Origin: Patescibacteria group bacterium
GTDB lineage: Bacteria; Patescibacteriota; Patescibacteriia; GWA2-46-9
Length of the DNA: 64,000 nt
NCBI GenBank assembly: GCA_041660005.1
Contig: JBAZXG010000001.1
Span: 71,689 to 135,688 of the forward strand
Direction: 5' to 3'
The notes beneath the pieces are model-generated. The model ran no database searches. It was given only the letters and a program-made list of their open reading frames with translations, and was not told where the DNA came from. Shown here in pieces: positions 48,576 through 58,749 of the stretch; the stretch's first letter is position 1; the number at the start of each line of letters is the position of its first letter. Position numbers and translations under genes: made by a program.

Positions 48576-49415
48576 TTAAAAGCCGACGTAGGAAAGCCCT
48601 CCCGAGGTTCCCCCACTAGCTGTGGCCGCATCGACTGTGTCGATGACAAGGCCACGCGACTCTTCACGTACCAGCAGCGGGTCAGCACCCTCCAGCTGGT
48701 ACCCCGGCAATGTGTAGCCGGGTGTCTTGAAGTCCCGGAAGAGTGTCGCCGCATGCGTCAACATGGCGAAGATCGCATCCGGTCCCGAGAGCACGAAGCC
48801 CTCCGACAGCGTTGCCATCTGCTCACGTTGCGCGAGCACTGAATACCCTCTCAGGGCTTCCGGGAAGTACAGGCCGAAGACTGGCCCACACGTAAGCCGC
48901 TCGAACAACAGCTCGAGTCGACTTTCAGGCGCGAGAGAGACTTGGGACCCCAGCATGGGAAAGTACCGATACACTGACCGGCTTGGAAACCGCAAGGAGT
49001 ACGCATGGGCGACCCCCTGGAACATCGTTTCCATCCACTCACCGTGATCTCGAAGCTGCACCTGTGGGATGGCCCATGGAAGACAGACTCCGTTCAGAAT
49101 CCCCGCGGTCGCCCGCTGTTTTCCTAGCTCGAGTCGTAGAGCCGTGCAGTGATCACCCGTTTCGGCCGGGAGGGGCATCTCAACGTATCCCCTGAAAGCC
49201 TCGGTCGCTGTCCGCCATCCCCCGAAAGCGTCGCTCGCTGTCCGGTACAAAGCCGGATAAAAAATGCTCGACGGGGTCAGCTGAAGTCGACGGTCAGCGG
49301 GTTCCGCTTTACCCTGCATCCCAGGAGGCGGGATACGCACACCGGACTCGTCGAAGTCCCCACCCAGATAAACGCTCTTGAGCGGCATCTCTGTCGCGAA
49401 ATAATGTCGTCGCAT
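48576..49415 (-). CDS. Hypothetical protein (279 aa)
   Basis: Long ORF, GGGGAG SD, terminator hairpin at 48488-48520. Confidence 0.7.
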   Translation of the reverse strand: MRRHYFATEMPLKSVYLGGDFDESGVRIPPPGMQGKAEPADRRLQLTPSSIFYPALYRTASDAFGGWRTATEAFRGYVEMPLPAETGDHCTALRLELGKQRATAGILNGVCLPWAIPQVQLRDHGEWMETMFQGVAHAYSLRFPSRSVYRYFPMLGSQVSLAPESRLELLFERLTCGPVFGLYFPEALRGYSVLAQREQMATLSEGFVLSGPDAIFAMLTHAATLFRDFKTPGYTLPGYQLEGADPLLVREESRGLVIDTVDAATASGGTSGGLSYVGF

Positions 49416-49529
49416 GACTTTTCACTCCCCTGCTACCTATGCAATTGTTAGAGACCAAAAGATACTTATAGCTAACACTTATAATTCCCGGAAGTCAAAC
49501 AAGAAACGAGACCCCTCTCGTGAAGGTTA

Positions 49530-50318
49530 TTATGCCAATTTTGCCAAAAGCCCACGCGCTCGAGTGATTTCAAAAATGATCTTAAAAAACACTATAGACA
49601 ACGTTAAATAGCCAACCGACAACAATAATCCCCACCAAAAATGTTCCATTGAAAATCCTCCACCCGCCAAGAGTTGGCGCATAGCTTCAAAGACGTGCGT
49701 CGTCGGGAAAAACCAGGCAACACGCTGTAACCACATTGGCAAGGTGCTGAGTGGATACATGACGCAGGAAAGTGGCTGGAGTACGCCTGCGAAACTCCAA
49801 GCCACGGTCTGCACACGCGTGGTGTAGCGAAAAATAAACCCAGTAATCAAAAACCCAATAGACAAACTGAATACAAAAAGAATCAACACGAACGGCAAAA
49901 AGTACACTGACAACGAAAAAACATTGAAGTGATAGAGTAGTCCGGCTATTGTTGCAGCAACAAAAAAGCCAAACGCGGTTTTAAGAAGGTTCACCAAGAG
50001 AAGCCCGCTAATGTACTCCCAAATGGTGAGCGGCGTCGAAAAAAGATTGATTAAATTTCTGGACCAAAGCTCTTCCAAAAAACCCATAGCGAGATCGCGC
50101 TGGAACGAATAGAAAACGCCCCAGAGAATAATGGCACCCAGCAAAAAATTAACAAAGGTAAACCCTTGCTCCAGGCGATCGCTCAAATAAACAGTAAAGA
50201 GCCCCCAGATGAGCACATCAAGAATCGGCCAAAAGAAACTATCATTAACGCGATCAAGGTTGCGGCGCATGTCGTAAAGGTGGCGGCGAACAACGGCTAA
50301 TATACGGTGAAGTTTCAT
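49530..50318 (-). CDS. ABC-2 type permease
   Basis: Six TM segments; YP...LP.WLQ..A...P.TH.FEAMR. Confidence 0.9.
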   Translation of the reverse strand: MKLHRILAVVRRHLYDMRRNLDRVNDSFFWPILDVLIWGLFTVYLSDRLEQGFTFVNFLLGAIILWGVFYSFQRDLAMGFLEELWSRNLINLFSTPLTIWEYISGLLLVNLLKTAFGFFVAATIAGLLYHFNVFSLSVYFLPFVLILFVFSLSIGFLITGFIFRYTTRVQTVAWSFAGVLQPLSCVMYPLSTLPMWLQRVAWFFPTTHVFEAMRQLLAGGGFSMEHFWWGLLLSVGYLTLSIVFFKIIFEITRARGLLAKLA

Positions 50319-51055
50319 ACGTTTGGTTGGCGCATCATGTGGAAAAAAACCTCTTCCAATGCCGGCTCTTCTCGCTCTTCTTTAAGGATTGCTCGCGTAA
50401 TATCAACCGGAGAACCTTCAGCCACAATGCGGCCATGGTTTAAGAAGATGACGCGTGGACACATCTTCTCAACCTCTGCCATATTGTGCGATGTGTAGAG
50501 AATACTCACTCCCTCTTCTCGCTGCGCTGTCAGCAACACCTCGCGCACTTCGTGGGCAATTTGCGGATCGAGTGACGCCGTGGCTTCGTCTAAGAGCAGC
50601 AGCTTTGGACTATTCAAAAATGCCTTACATAAACCAACCCGAGTAACTTGCCCGGAAGACAATTGCGCTACTGCTTGCTTTTTTAAGTCTTCTATTTGAA
50701 ATAGTTTGAGCAGATAATCAATGCGCTCGGTTGGTCGCTCCACGCCAAAGAGGTGGGCAAAAACTTTGAGATTTTCAAGCACCGTCAACCGATACGGAAG
50801 AGAAACATACGGCGAAGAAAAGCCAACATCTTGAAGCGCGGCTGAGCGCTCCGTCTTGAGGGGTCGTCCGAGAATGATAATAGCACCACTCGTCGGAGTA
50901 ACAAGATCGAGAATAAGATGGAGCGTAGTTGTTTTTCCGGCGCCGTTCGGCCCAAGAAAACCAAGAATTTCTCCTTCGGCAACTGAGAAAGAAATATCGT
51001 CAACAGCGCGAAACGCGCCGAATGTTTTTACAAGATGTTCAACTTCTAAAACCAT
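50315..51055 (-). CDS. ABC transporter ATP-binding protein
   Basis: GPNGAGKTT, LSSGQ, LLLDE, SH. Confidence 0.93.
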   Translation of the reverse strand: MVLEVEHLVKTFGAFRAVDDISFSVAEGEILGFLGPNGAGKTTTLHLILDLVTPTSGAIIILGRPLKTERSAALQDVGFSSPYVSLPYRLTVLENLKVFAHLFGVERPTERIDYLLKLFQIEDLKKQAVAQLSSGQVTRVGLCKAFLNSPKLLLLDEATASLDPQIAHEVREVLLTAQREEGVSILYTSHNMAEVEKMCPRVIFLNHGRIVAEGSPVDITRAILKEEREEPALEEVFFHMMRQPNV

Positions 51056-51062
51056 ACAAACG

Positions 51063-51431
51063 CTAAACCTCAAGCGCCACAACCACAACCGAACCTTTCC
51101 TTCGATTATCTATAGGGGAACGATAATCCTTAACAATCCCCTCTCTTTTCGCTTCGGCAAGAAATTGAAGCACAACCTTTTCTAATACACCGGTACCTTT
51201 ACCATGCACAATGCGTACCGCTGAGGTTCCTATGGCGCATTCATGTTGAAGAAAAGTTTGAAGCTCACGGCGAGCATCCTCTGCTCTGACACCATGTAAA
51301 TCTAAGAAGGGTACATCACTACTAACCTCGGCGGCGAGCAAGGCAATTTCAACCGGATCAACGGCTTTCTCTTGCTCTAGGGGTGCAGCTTCTTCTCTGC
51401 TCGGCTGTCTTGTTTTCCAAGGTTTAGGCAT
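51063..51431 (-). CDS. Smr/MutS2 C-terminal domain protein
   Basis: LDLHG, IVHGKGTGVL. Confidence 0.9.
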   Translation of the reverse strand: MPKPWKTRQPSREEAAPLEQEKAVDPVEIALLAAEVSSDVPFLDLHGVRAEDARRELQTFLQHECAIGTSAVRIVHGKGTGVLEKVVLQFLAEAKREGIVKDYRSPIDNRRKGSVVVVALEV

Positions 51432-51471
51432 GTAATCGTTTTAATGATAGTTAGAGTAAACTGCTTCTTAG

Positions 51472-51507
51472 AAAAAAGACAGCCCCGCTATGGGGCTGTC
51501 TTTTTTT
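51472..51507. terminator. Intrinsic terminator
   Basis: A6-GACAGCCCC-GCTAT-GGGGCTGTC-T run. Confidence 0.85.
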
Positions 51508-51522
51508 AACCGACAATGTAAC

Positions 51523-52074
51523 CTAAAGTCCAAACAAGTTATAAACGAAAGCAATGACTGGATCTGCGGTTGGACCATATACCATGCTGCCACCCAAAGC
51601 TCCGGTAATCGTTACCGCGATGAGACCAGCTAATGACAGCGGCACCATCCACAGACCTCGACTTACTCTAGTAGCAAAAGCGGCAACTTTGCGAAGTATC
51701 TCGGAAGCAGTTTGGTAGCGACCACGTAAGCGTTCAAGGAAAGCAGCGAGATACCCATGCTCTTGCAGGAGCGTCAACAAATAAAGTACCGCAATAATTC
51801 CGTAAATCCACGCCGTAACGTTCGCCCAGGTGGAATGAAGAACAATAACACGACGCAACGCGGCGCCACCGCTGAATGCTTCCGCTGCTTCTTCACCTGA
51901 CTCTAGGGCAACAAACGTAGCAAGACTTCCCAGAATGACCAGCACCGCTTTCGTCCCGTGCCAAAATGGAAGCGCTGTTAAGTGACGCCAGCGCACGAGC
52001 TCCATAACGCTGTATACCGTAAGGAGTGCGATGGGAAAATGGACAACAAGCGGGTGGAAGAAAATGCTGCTCAT
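51523..52074 (-). CDS. DUF2231-like membrane protein
   Basis: HPLVVHFPIAL, SG..A, H, GALGGSMVYG. Confidence 0.8.
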   Translation of the reverse strand: MSSIFFHPLVVHFPIALLTVYSVMELVRWRHLTALPFWHGTKAVLVILGSLATFVALESGEEAAEAFSGGAALRRVIVLHSTWANVTAWIYGIIAVLYLLTLLQEHGYLAAFLERLRGRYQTASEILRKVAAFATRVSRGLWMVPLSLAGLIAVTITGALGGSMVYGPTADPVIAFVYNLFGL

Positions 52075-52091
52075 GAAGTTGCGAATAATAA

Positions 52092-52667
52092 TTATTCAAC
52101 AATTAACTTGCCAACCATCCCCATGGCTCGGTGGTTGCCAACCGAACAGTAGAAGTCAAACGTACCGGTCTTATCAGCGACAAACTGTACTTCTGCTGTC
52201 TGTCCGTCTGAGACGCGATCAGTTTTAGCATTAAATGCGTCAACAACAAAATCATGGAACCCGTTCACTGAGTTCATGACTACTTTTACGGTGTCCCCTT
52301 TCTTGACTCTTATCTCAGACGGCGAGAAAGAGAAGTTCTTTGCCGTTAAATTAAACGTCTTAACACTTGCCGCGTCCCCTCTCGCTGTTGCAGTGTCGCC
52401 AGCTTGTGTATTTGTGTTTTGTGCGTTGGTATCCTCTACGTTTCCAAGTGAACCACCGGTCGAGTTATCTGCACCTGGCGTATAGTCTTTGTTGGTGTCG
52501 CCATTAACAACGGCCATACCGCGCGGTTCGCCACCATTGATGCTGTCCGTCCCCGCTTCACTCGTTGTAGCCGAAGGGTGCTGCACTCCTTGATAGTACG
52601 CGTACCCTACACCAGTCAACACAACGACCCCAAGAATAATTAAGATACTTTTCATCGAACTACTCAT
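52092..52667 (-). CDS. Membrane-anchored cupredoxin domain protein
   Basis: FSPSEIRVKKGD, HDF, FYCSVGNHRAMGM.G copper ligands. Confidence 0.9.
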   Translation of the reverse strand: MSSSMKSILIILGVVVLTGVGYAYYQGVQHPSATTSEAGTDSINGGEPRGMAVVNGDTNKDYTPGADNSTGGSLGNVEDTNAQNTNTQAGDTATARGDAASVKTFNLTAKNFSFSPSEIRVKKGDTVKVVMNSVNGFHDFVVDAFNAKTDRVSDGQTAEVQFVADKTGTFDFYCSVGNHRAMGMVGKLIVE

Positions 52668-52690
52668 AAATAATATAGAGAAGTAATAAA

Positions 52691-53137
52691 TTAGCGAGCT
52701 TGAGGTGAACTACTATTCATTGATCGTATCTGAATATTCTGCGCTGTCAAGGAGCCATCACTGTTGGTTGTGCCATTTATACCCAGCTGACCACCAACCA
52801 CAATATCGTCCGGTGTTCCTGCCGCAGCCTTATTGATGGAAGTACTTGAAGAGTAGAGAACGATTTTTGAACTGCCGTCCTGAAGTTTCAGTGTTATGCT
52901 TTTGTCATCTTTACTCAACACTTGACCGCTGGTGAGCCCACTATTGGGAGCGCCCGCACCGGCAAACTGACCTTGTCCTCTCATGCCGATTCCTCCTCCT
53001 GGTAGTTCTCCAAAAGCCCCAACACCGCGTACCAATACCTTGCTCTTTTGGTATCGCATACCTCCATAAAACGATACTCCACCGACCAAAACTACGATAA
53101 AACTAACAACGAGTATATTTTTCTGATTCATAACCAT
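52691..53137 (-). CDS. Hypothetical membrane-anchored protein (DUF5666-like OB fold)
   Basis: TM + FYGGM.Y, Gly-rich linker, DGSLTAQNIQIR. Confidence 0.7.
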   Translation of the reverse strand: MVMNQKNILVVSFIVVLVGGVSFYGGMRYQKSKVLVRGVGAFGELPGGGIGMRGQGQFAGAGAPNSGLTSGQVLSKDDKSITLKLQDGSSKIVLYSSSTSINKAAAGTPDDIVVGGQLGINGTTNSDGSLTAQNIQIRSMNSSSPQAR

Positions 53138-53149
53138 CTCATAAATAAA

Positions 53150-54376
53150 TTATTCGTAACGTAATGCTTCGATTGGACTAAGTTTTGACGCACGACGGGC
53201 AGGATAATAACCGAAGACAATGCCAATCCCTGCAGACACCCCAACAGCCAAGACAACCGAGCTCAGTGAAATTGATGTGGCGATGCCCATAAATTTTGTG
53301 ACGCCACTCGCAAGGAGCCATCCAAGACCAATGCCGAGTACCCCGCCGATGAGGGTCAACATGATTGCCTCGACAAGAAACTGCGTATTAATGTCAGTAC
53401 GATATGCGCCTATAGCTTTTCTGAGACCAATCTCTCTTGTACGCTCGGTCACGGTAGTCAGCATCATATTCATAATGCCAATACCACCGACCAACAAAGA
53501 AATACCAGCGATAGAAGACAAGAGAATAGTAAAAATAGAAGTTACGCTTGACGCCGTCGCCACGATATCTGATTGGTTAAGCGCCTGGAAATCAGCCAAT
53601 GTTGGGTCAGTGATATGATGACGAGCAAGTAGCAACTGGGTAACCTCCTGCTGCAAAGCAGTCATTGACTCCGGATCTGTCGCTTCTACGCTAATCGTTG
53701 TCACATATAAGTTGTTTGCTAAGTAACGCTGCGCTGTCGTTAGCGGCACATAAATAGCATCATCTGGATTATTGAACCCGGTTCCACCTTTCGCTTGGGT
53801 CACACCAGAAATAATAAAATCGATTTTATTAATACGTATATGTTCCCCAAGCGGGCTACTTCCCTCACCAAAAAGATCGCTCGCTGCTGTCGGTCCAAGT
53901 ACTGCAACTTTTGAGGCGCTACGCACTTGCTGCTCGCTAATAAACGATCCGCTAGCGGTTGCAACGTTGCGGACACTTTGGTAGGCGGGCACGGTGCCAA
54001 TTACCGACGTGTTGGTATTTGTTCCTTTGGCGGTTACCTGAAAGCGCTTTGTGTTTTCAGGCGCTACAGCTTTCGCCAGCGTTATTTCGCTCGCGATAGC
54101 ATCGGCATCGGCTTGTGTTAGCGTCTCGGCGTTTCCTCTACCGCTACTGACCTGCGTACCAACACCTCGAGAGGCGCCTGGTGTCACTAAAATTAAATTT
54201 GAACCAATAGACTGAATACTCGACTGAATGGAGCCCTGTGCCCCCTGACCAATGGCGACCATGGCAATAACTGAACCGATTCCTATGACAATACCGAGAA
54301 TAGTTAAACTAGACCGAACTTTGTTTACGGTAATGGCCGCGTACGTTTCTTCAAGTGTGTCGCTGAAGCGCATCAT
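53150..54376 (-). CDS. MacB/FtsX-like ABC permease
   Basis: RSSLTILGIVIG, GGIGIMNMML..VTERTREIGLRKAIGA, PIEALRYE. Confidence 0.93.
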   Translation of the reverse strand: MMRFSDTLEETYAAITVNKVRSSLTILGIVIGIGSVIAMVAIGQGAQGSIQSSIQSIGSNLILVTPGASRGVGTQVSSGRGNAETLTQADADAIASEITLAKAVAPENTKRFQVTAKGTNTNTSVIGTVPAYQSVRNVATASGSFISEQQVRSASKVAVLGPTAASDLFGEGSSPLGEHIRINKIDFIISGVTQAKGGTGFNNPDDAIYVPLTTAQRYLANNLYVTTISVEATDPESMTALQQEVTQLLLARHHITDPTLADFQALNQSDIVATASSVTSIFTILLSSIAGISLLVGGIGIMNMMLTTVTERTREIGLRKAIGAYRTDINTQFLVEAIMLTLIGGVLGIGLGWLLASGVTKFMGIATSISLSSVVLAVGVSAGIGIVFGYYPARRASKLSPIEALRYE

Positions 54377-54382
54377 ATAATT

Positions 54383-55060
54383 TTATCGTCGATCCTCTTT
54401 AACAATAAGCCCATCGCGAATATGAATAACCCGATTAGCATGCTCTGCAACATCAGGTTCGTGAGTAATTAAAATAATTGTCTTTCCTTGTTGATTCAAC
54501 GTCTGAAACGTAGCGAGTACAATATTGCCGGTCTGCGTATCAAGATTGCCAGTCGGCTCATCCGCCAAAATAATAGACGGATTATTCACGAGGGCTCTCG
54601 CAATGGCAACGCGCTGCATCTGTCCACCAGAGAGCTGGTTGGATAAATGATTGAAGCGTTCTTCCTCCATACCAACGGCAAGAAGTGAACGGCGCGCTAC
54701 TGCCTCTCGTTCATCGCGCCGGACGCCAGCATATGTTAAAGGGAGAGCAACATTTCTGAGTACGGTCGCGCGCGGCAATAAATTAAACGCTTGAAAAACA
54801 AAACCGATTTTCTTATTACGAATATCGGCAAGTTCATTATCGTTCAATGTTGCTACGTCTTGACCGTCGAGTGTATAACTGCCGCTCGTCGGTGTATCGA
54901 GCGCACCTAAAATATGCATGAGGGTCGATTTACCAGAACCAGAGGGACCCATGATGGCAACAAATTCCCCCGCTTCAATATTAAAAGAAACGCTTTTCAA
55001 GACTGATGTTTCCTCGTCACCATTTCGGTAAACCTTTGTCAGATCACGACAAACGATCAT
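54383..55060 (-). CDS. MacB/LolD-type ABC ATP-binding protein
   Basis: [33 protein letters not shown]. Confidence 0.94.
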   Translation of the reverse strand: MIVCRDLTKVYRNGDEETSVLKSVSFNIEAGEFVAIMGPSGSGKSTLMHILGALDTPTSGSYTLDGQDVATLNDNELADIRNKKIGFVFQAFNLLPRATVLRNVALPLTYAGVRRDEREAVARRSLLAVGMEEERFNHLSNQLSGGQMQRVAIARALVNNPSIILADEPTGNLDTQTGNIVLATFQTLNQQGKTIILITHEPDVAEHANRVIHIRDGLIVKEDRR

Positions 55061-55069
55061 ACGTAAACG

Positions 55070-56974
55070 CTAGCGACCAACTGCCCCACCGCGAGTACCC
55101 CCACCAGTAACGCCAGGGAGACTTAATCCACCCAAAGCGCTCGACGAAGAAGTTGGCGCCGCAGCCGAAGTAATTGTTTGCGTGACTATCTCGTCTCCTT
55201 CGTTAACACCACTTGCAACTTCCGTCATGGTGTCATTAGAAAGTCCGGTTGTTACTTGAATACGTACTGGCACACCATTTGTCAGTTCCTCAACGTAAAA
55301 CTGGTCTCCTTGCGATTTAATTGCAGAGGAAGGAACGAGGATAACATCCTGCCTGACGTCAGTGATGACTCCTGCGGAAACGCTCATGCCTGATTTCACG
55401 CGATCGTCGTCCGTGTCAAAAGCAATTTTTACATTGTACGAAACCACACCTTGGCTGACCGTACCAATGGTGTCGATTTCAACCACGATACCAGCAATAG
55501 TTAGGCCATCAACAGCATCGAATGTGAGCGTCGCTTTTTGCCCGATTGCAATTTTTGCCGCATCAACTTCGTTCAAAGAAATTTCAGCAATCTGCTGTTT
55601 ACCAACAATGGTAGCGATGACCGCCGAGGGAGATGCTTGACCATGAAGTTGGACATCAACATTAGCCACCGTGCCGTCGAGCGGTGAGCGAATTGTGTAA
55701 TCTGCTAACTTTTCGCGCGCGTCATTCAAGGCATTCCTGCGTTGTGTTACCGAAAGTTCCGAGGCCGCTATGTCTAAGTCGGTAGCGCCAGCTTTGAGGT
55801 TGGTGAGTGACCCTTCTTTTTCCTTTACTGCCTGCTCTGCCGCCACTAGATCTCGCGGGTTGTTGGTATCCATGGTCGACAAATCGCGCGCTGCGCTTTC
55901 GAGTGCTTCTTTGTTATTTTGCAATGATCGCTGGTTCGTCAGCAACGTTGAAAGATGGCTATTGACCTGACTGTTGTACGTCAAAAGACTGCTCCGATAC
56001 GTTGCTACTTTAGTCACCGTTTTGGCGTAATCAGTGGCATTGCGAAGCGTACGCAAATCAACCCAACTGTCGAGTACGGTGGTCTCTCTTTTGGTCGCCT
56101 CGGCAATCAGTTTTGTTGTCTCAACCGTTTCAGTGAGCAGCTTTTCAATATCTGCCCGCGAAGAAAAACGACTGGTGTTTTTATACGTGATTAAATTTGC
56201 GTCGTAGGCAAGGCGAGCGGTACCGTACGCCGCATCAGCGGTATCAAGAAGCGGCTGAAGTTGCAAACGATCATTGTACGTGAGGGTATTGATGAGACTG
56301 CTGCCATTTTGAGTGCCGGCTGATAACGTCGTGTCGGCCGTAGAGATACCTTCGCCACGCATCACATCTTCTAGTCCGCTCATAATGGAAGGAAGATCAA
56401 GAAAGGTGTCCGACACAGCGGTAAATGTGTCTTCGTAACCTTTCATGAGATCATCGCTGGCTTTTTGTTTATCCTGTTGTGTCGTCGTATAGTCGGTTGC
56501 CTGGTTCAGCTTCAATTTGGCTAATGCATCCTCTGCGCTCGTGAGTGAACCCTGGGCTTGCAAAAGAGAGAGCGAATCAGCCGGTTGCTTCAATTTCTGT
56601 AGTGAGAGCATTGCACTTTGCAGATTCACCTCCGCGTCGCGAACCGCTTTTACCGCATCCCCGGCATCGATAGATGCCAACAATGCATTTTGCATCACAA
56701 TGTCCCCGTTTTTAATTTTTAATTGTGTCACTGCGCCAGAAACCAGGGGCTTCACGTCAACCTGGTTAGAGCTTGAGACCTGTCCCGTCCCCGTCACGGA
56801 GACAACCAGGGTTCCCTTACTCGCCGGACTCGTCACATAGCTCGTTGTGGTGGTAGTTGGTTTTAATTTCCCGTAGGCGACGTAAGCACCGCCGAGAATT
56901 ACAAGACCCACGAATGCAGTCCGAAGTTTATGAGCCCTTACGTGCGAAATGAGGGCAGCGACCTTGTGGGGCAT
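55070..56974 (-). CDS. MacA-like membrane fusion (adaptor) protein with a long coiled coil
   Basis: N-terminal TM, lipoyl half-motifs, IRSPLDG, GMSVSA, VPSSAI. Confidence 0.88.
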   Translation of the reverse strand: MPHKVAALISHVRAHKLRTAFVGLVILGGAYVAYGKLKPTTTTTSYVTSPASKGTLVVSVTGTGQVSSSNQVDVKPLVSGAVTQLKIKNGDIVMQNALLASIDAGDAVKAVRDAEVNLQSAMLSLQKLKQPADSLSLLQAQGSLTSAEDALAKLKLNQATDYTTTQQDKQKASDDLMKGYEDTFTAVSDTFLDLPSIMSGLEDVMRGEGISTADTTLSAGTQNGSSLINTLTYNDRLQLQPLLDTADAAYGTARLAYDANLITYKNTSRFSSRADIEKLLTETVETTKLIAEATKRETTVLDSWVDLRTLRNATDYAKTVTKVATYRSSLLTYNSQVNSHLSTLLTNQRSLQNNKEALESAARDLSTMDTNNPRDLVAAEQAVKEKEGSLTNLKAGATDLDIAASELSVTQRRNALNDAREKLADYTIRSPLDGTVANVDVQLHGQASPSAVIATIVGKQQIAEISLNEVDAAKIAIGQKATLTFDAVDGLTIAGIVVEIDTIGTVSQGVVSYNVKIAFDTDDDRVKSGMSVSAGVITDVRQDVILVPSSAIKSQGDQFYVEELTNGVPVRIQVTTGLSNDTMTEVASGVNEGDEIVTQTITSAAAPTSSSSALGGLSLPGVTGGGTRGGAVGR

Positions 56975-57073
56975 AAGCGTGCATTAAGTGAAAACCTAGG
57001 GCCTCCGCTCTGTGCGAACCAGAGCGGAGCGCCTTAAGCTTCCTGCGTGTCGACCGGCACGCGGATGAATAAA

Positions 57074-57538
57074 CTAGAAATGGAAACCGCCGCGGTGAGA
57101 ACCGTGCATGAATCTACCCTTACCGTTTTGCGGCGCCTTTGACGCTTGGTCCTGCATAAACTTTAAGCGCTGATCTGCCTGAGCCTGCGTTATAACTCCC
57201 TTGTCAACAAGCGCTTGTAAACTTGCCTTAGCCCGATCCTGTGCTGCTGTTGCCACACGCTGACGCAGTTGATCAGAAGTAATACCCGCAGCTGTAGCAA
57301 TGTCTTGAAGTGTTTTACCTTCAGCCCAACCCTGCTTGATAACGTCAACGCTCACACCGAGGAGACTTGCTTCTGCTTCAAAACGAGCTGTTTGATTGGT
57401 AGCAAAATCTTGCGGGGATTGAGCGAATGAACCAAAACCAAGGCCACCGAATGAACCATGGGCTGATGCAAGGGTCGCTCCCAAAAAACCAAATCCGAAA
57501 AGTGGTACGAGCGCGTACGCAATATATTTTTTCTTCAT
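57074..57538 (-). CDS. Secreted helical hypothetical protein
   Basis: Signal peptide ending ASA; GKTL.DIA and LVDKGVITQAQAD motifs. Confidence 0.75.
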   Translation of the reverse strand: MKKKYIAYALVPLFGFGFLGATLASAHGSFGGLGFGSFAQSPQDFATNQTARFEAEASLLGVSVDVIKQGWAEGKTLQDIATAAGITSDQLRQRVATAAQDRAKASLQALVDKGVITQAQADQRLKFMQDQASKAPQNGKGRFMHGSHRGGFHF

Positions 57539-57681
57539 AGTTGGTATTTTATTATGATAGTAAATCGAACCTATGCCTGCTTATGCACTAACTACTACCG
57601 CAGTGCGTTGAATTTTCTTTCAAAACTTTAACTAACTGGTACGGGTTGAGGAGTATCCTGTCGTGCTCTCAATTTGCCCGT

Positions 57682-57845
57682 AGAGCCTGTTCAAGATCTC
57701 GCGGTACCCGTCCTGAAAATGCAGGTTTTTGAGCGAAAAACGAGACGGAGTGCGAAGCGTAATGTTGTTACGGTAAGTGCGAGACGAAGTTTTGCAGCCA
57801 AAAACATAGCATCTTAAGGTTGGGGGAAGATCTTGAACAGGTTCT
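57682..57845. mobile_element. 164-bp MITE-like element with 18-bp terminal inverted repeats
   Basis: AGAGCCTGTTCAAGATCT / AGATCTTGAACAGGTTCT (17 of 18 match). Confidence 0.75.
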
Positions 57846-57890
57846 TGGCTCCCTCAACCCGCATACACTACTACTGCAAAACAAATTGTT

Positions 57891-57954
57891 TATTACCGGG
57901 TCTTCGAGCGAAGCGCACATAGCAAAGTGCATTTCCGAGCGACGTTAGAATCAA
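57891..57954. repeat. Dispersed ~65-bp repeat, copy 2
   Basis: See 7320-7384. Confidence 0.8.
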
Positions 57955-57975
57955 GGGATTAATACCATTTATTTC

Positions 57976-58749
57976 TTATTGACTCGGAACACCAGGAAAA
58001 AACAGAGGCGGACCAATATGCCGCGGTCTTGGCATTGCTGGCAAGTCATCACTATCAACACGACCAATGCCAAGGGCTTGAATGGTGTTTTCAAAAAGCT
58101 CACCGAATACAACAACGTTGTCTCCTGGCTGTACTGCTAAACCAAAAGGGAAACGAGTATCCGAAGTGACGGTGACGTGAATGACTGATCCTCGACGTGT
58201 TTGTATATCAAAATTTTCGTCAGCGACCTCAGTAACGATACCTTTATGTACATCGGAAAAACGCTGTCCGCCAAAGCCACGGTAAAGTGGCCCAGCGAAC
58301 GGAAGCTCATTTCGTTCGGCGCTGAGTAGCAGTCGATGATGGAGCGGTGTCAGTGCTACAAGAAAACCACCAAGAAAAACTAATACCATAACACTAATGG
58401 CTGAGTAGAGCAGTGGACGACGGTAGGCAAGTGGATAGCGTCGAACAAGTGCCTCAAGAAGTCCAATAAAAAGAAGCGCAGTGCCGATGAGTAGCCAAGG
58501 CAAAGATCGAAGGAAGACGCCTAACCCGCCCCAACCAAACGCTGGTACGAACCATACGCCACTCAAGTGCAGGACGAAGAAACCAAGACTGATGACAAAA
58601 AGAATGGTCAGCACCAAAAGCACGACGCCAGTCATCAAAAGCGCACTCTTTAATACAAAATGCCAGCGCGGCCGCATGGCGACTTCGCCCAAGCGAATTT
58701 TTTGTAGCACGAGGTCGCGCAAATTTTTATGTTCAGAATTGTGAGCCAT
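57976..58749 (-). CDS. Membrane protein downstream of the ECF sigma (putative anti-sigma)
   Basis: Overlaps the sigma stop; three TM segments and a C-terminal OB-like domain. Confidence 0.7.
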   Translation of the reverse strand: MAHNSEHKNLRDLVLQKIRLGEVAMRPRWHFVLKSALLMTGVVLLVLTILFVISLGFFVLHLSGVWFVPAFGWGGLGVFLRSLPWLLIGTALLFIGLLEALVRRYPLAYRRPLLYSAISVMVLVFLGGFLVALTPLHHRLLLSAERNELPFAGPLYRGFGGQRFSDVHKGIVTEVADENFDIQTRRGSVIHVTVTSDTRFPFGLAVQPGDNVVVFGELFENTIQALGIGRVDSDDLPAMPRPRHIGPPLFFPGVPSQ

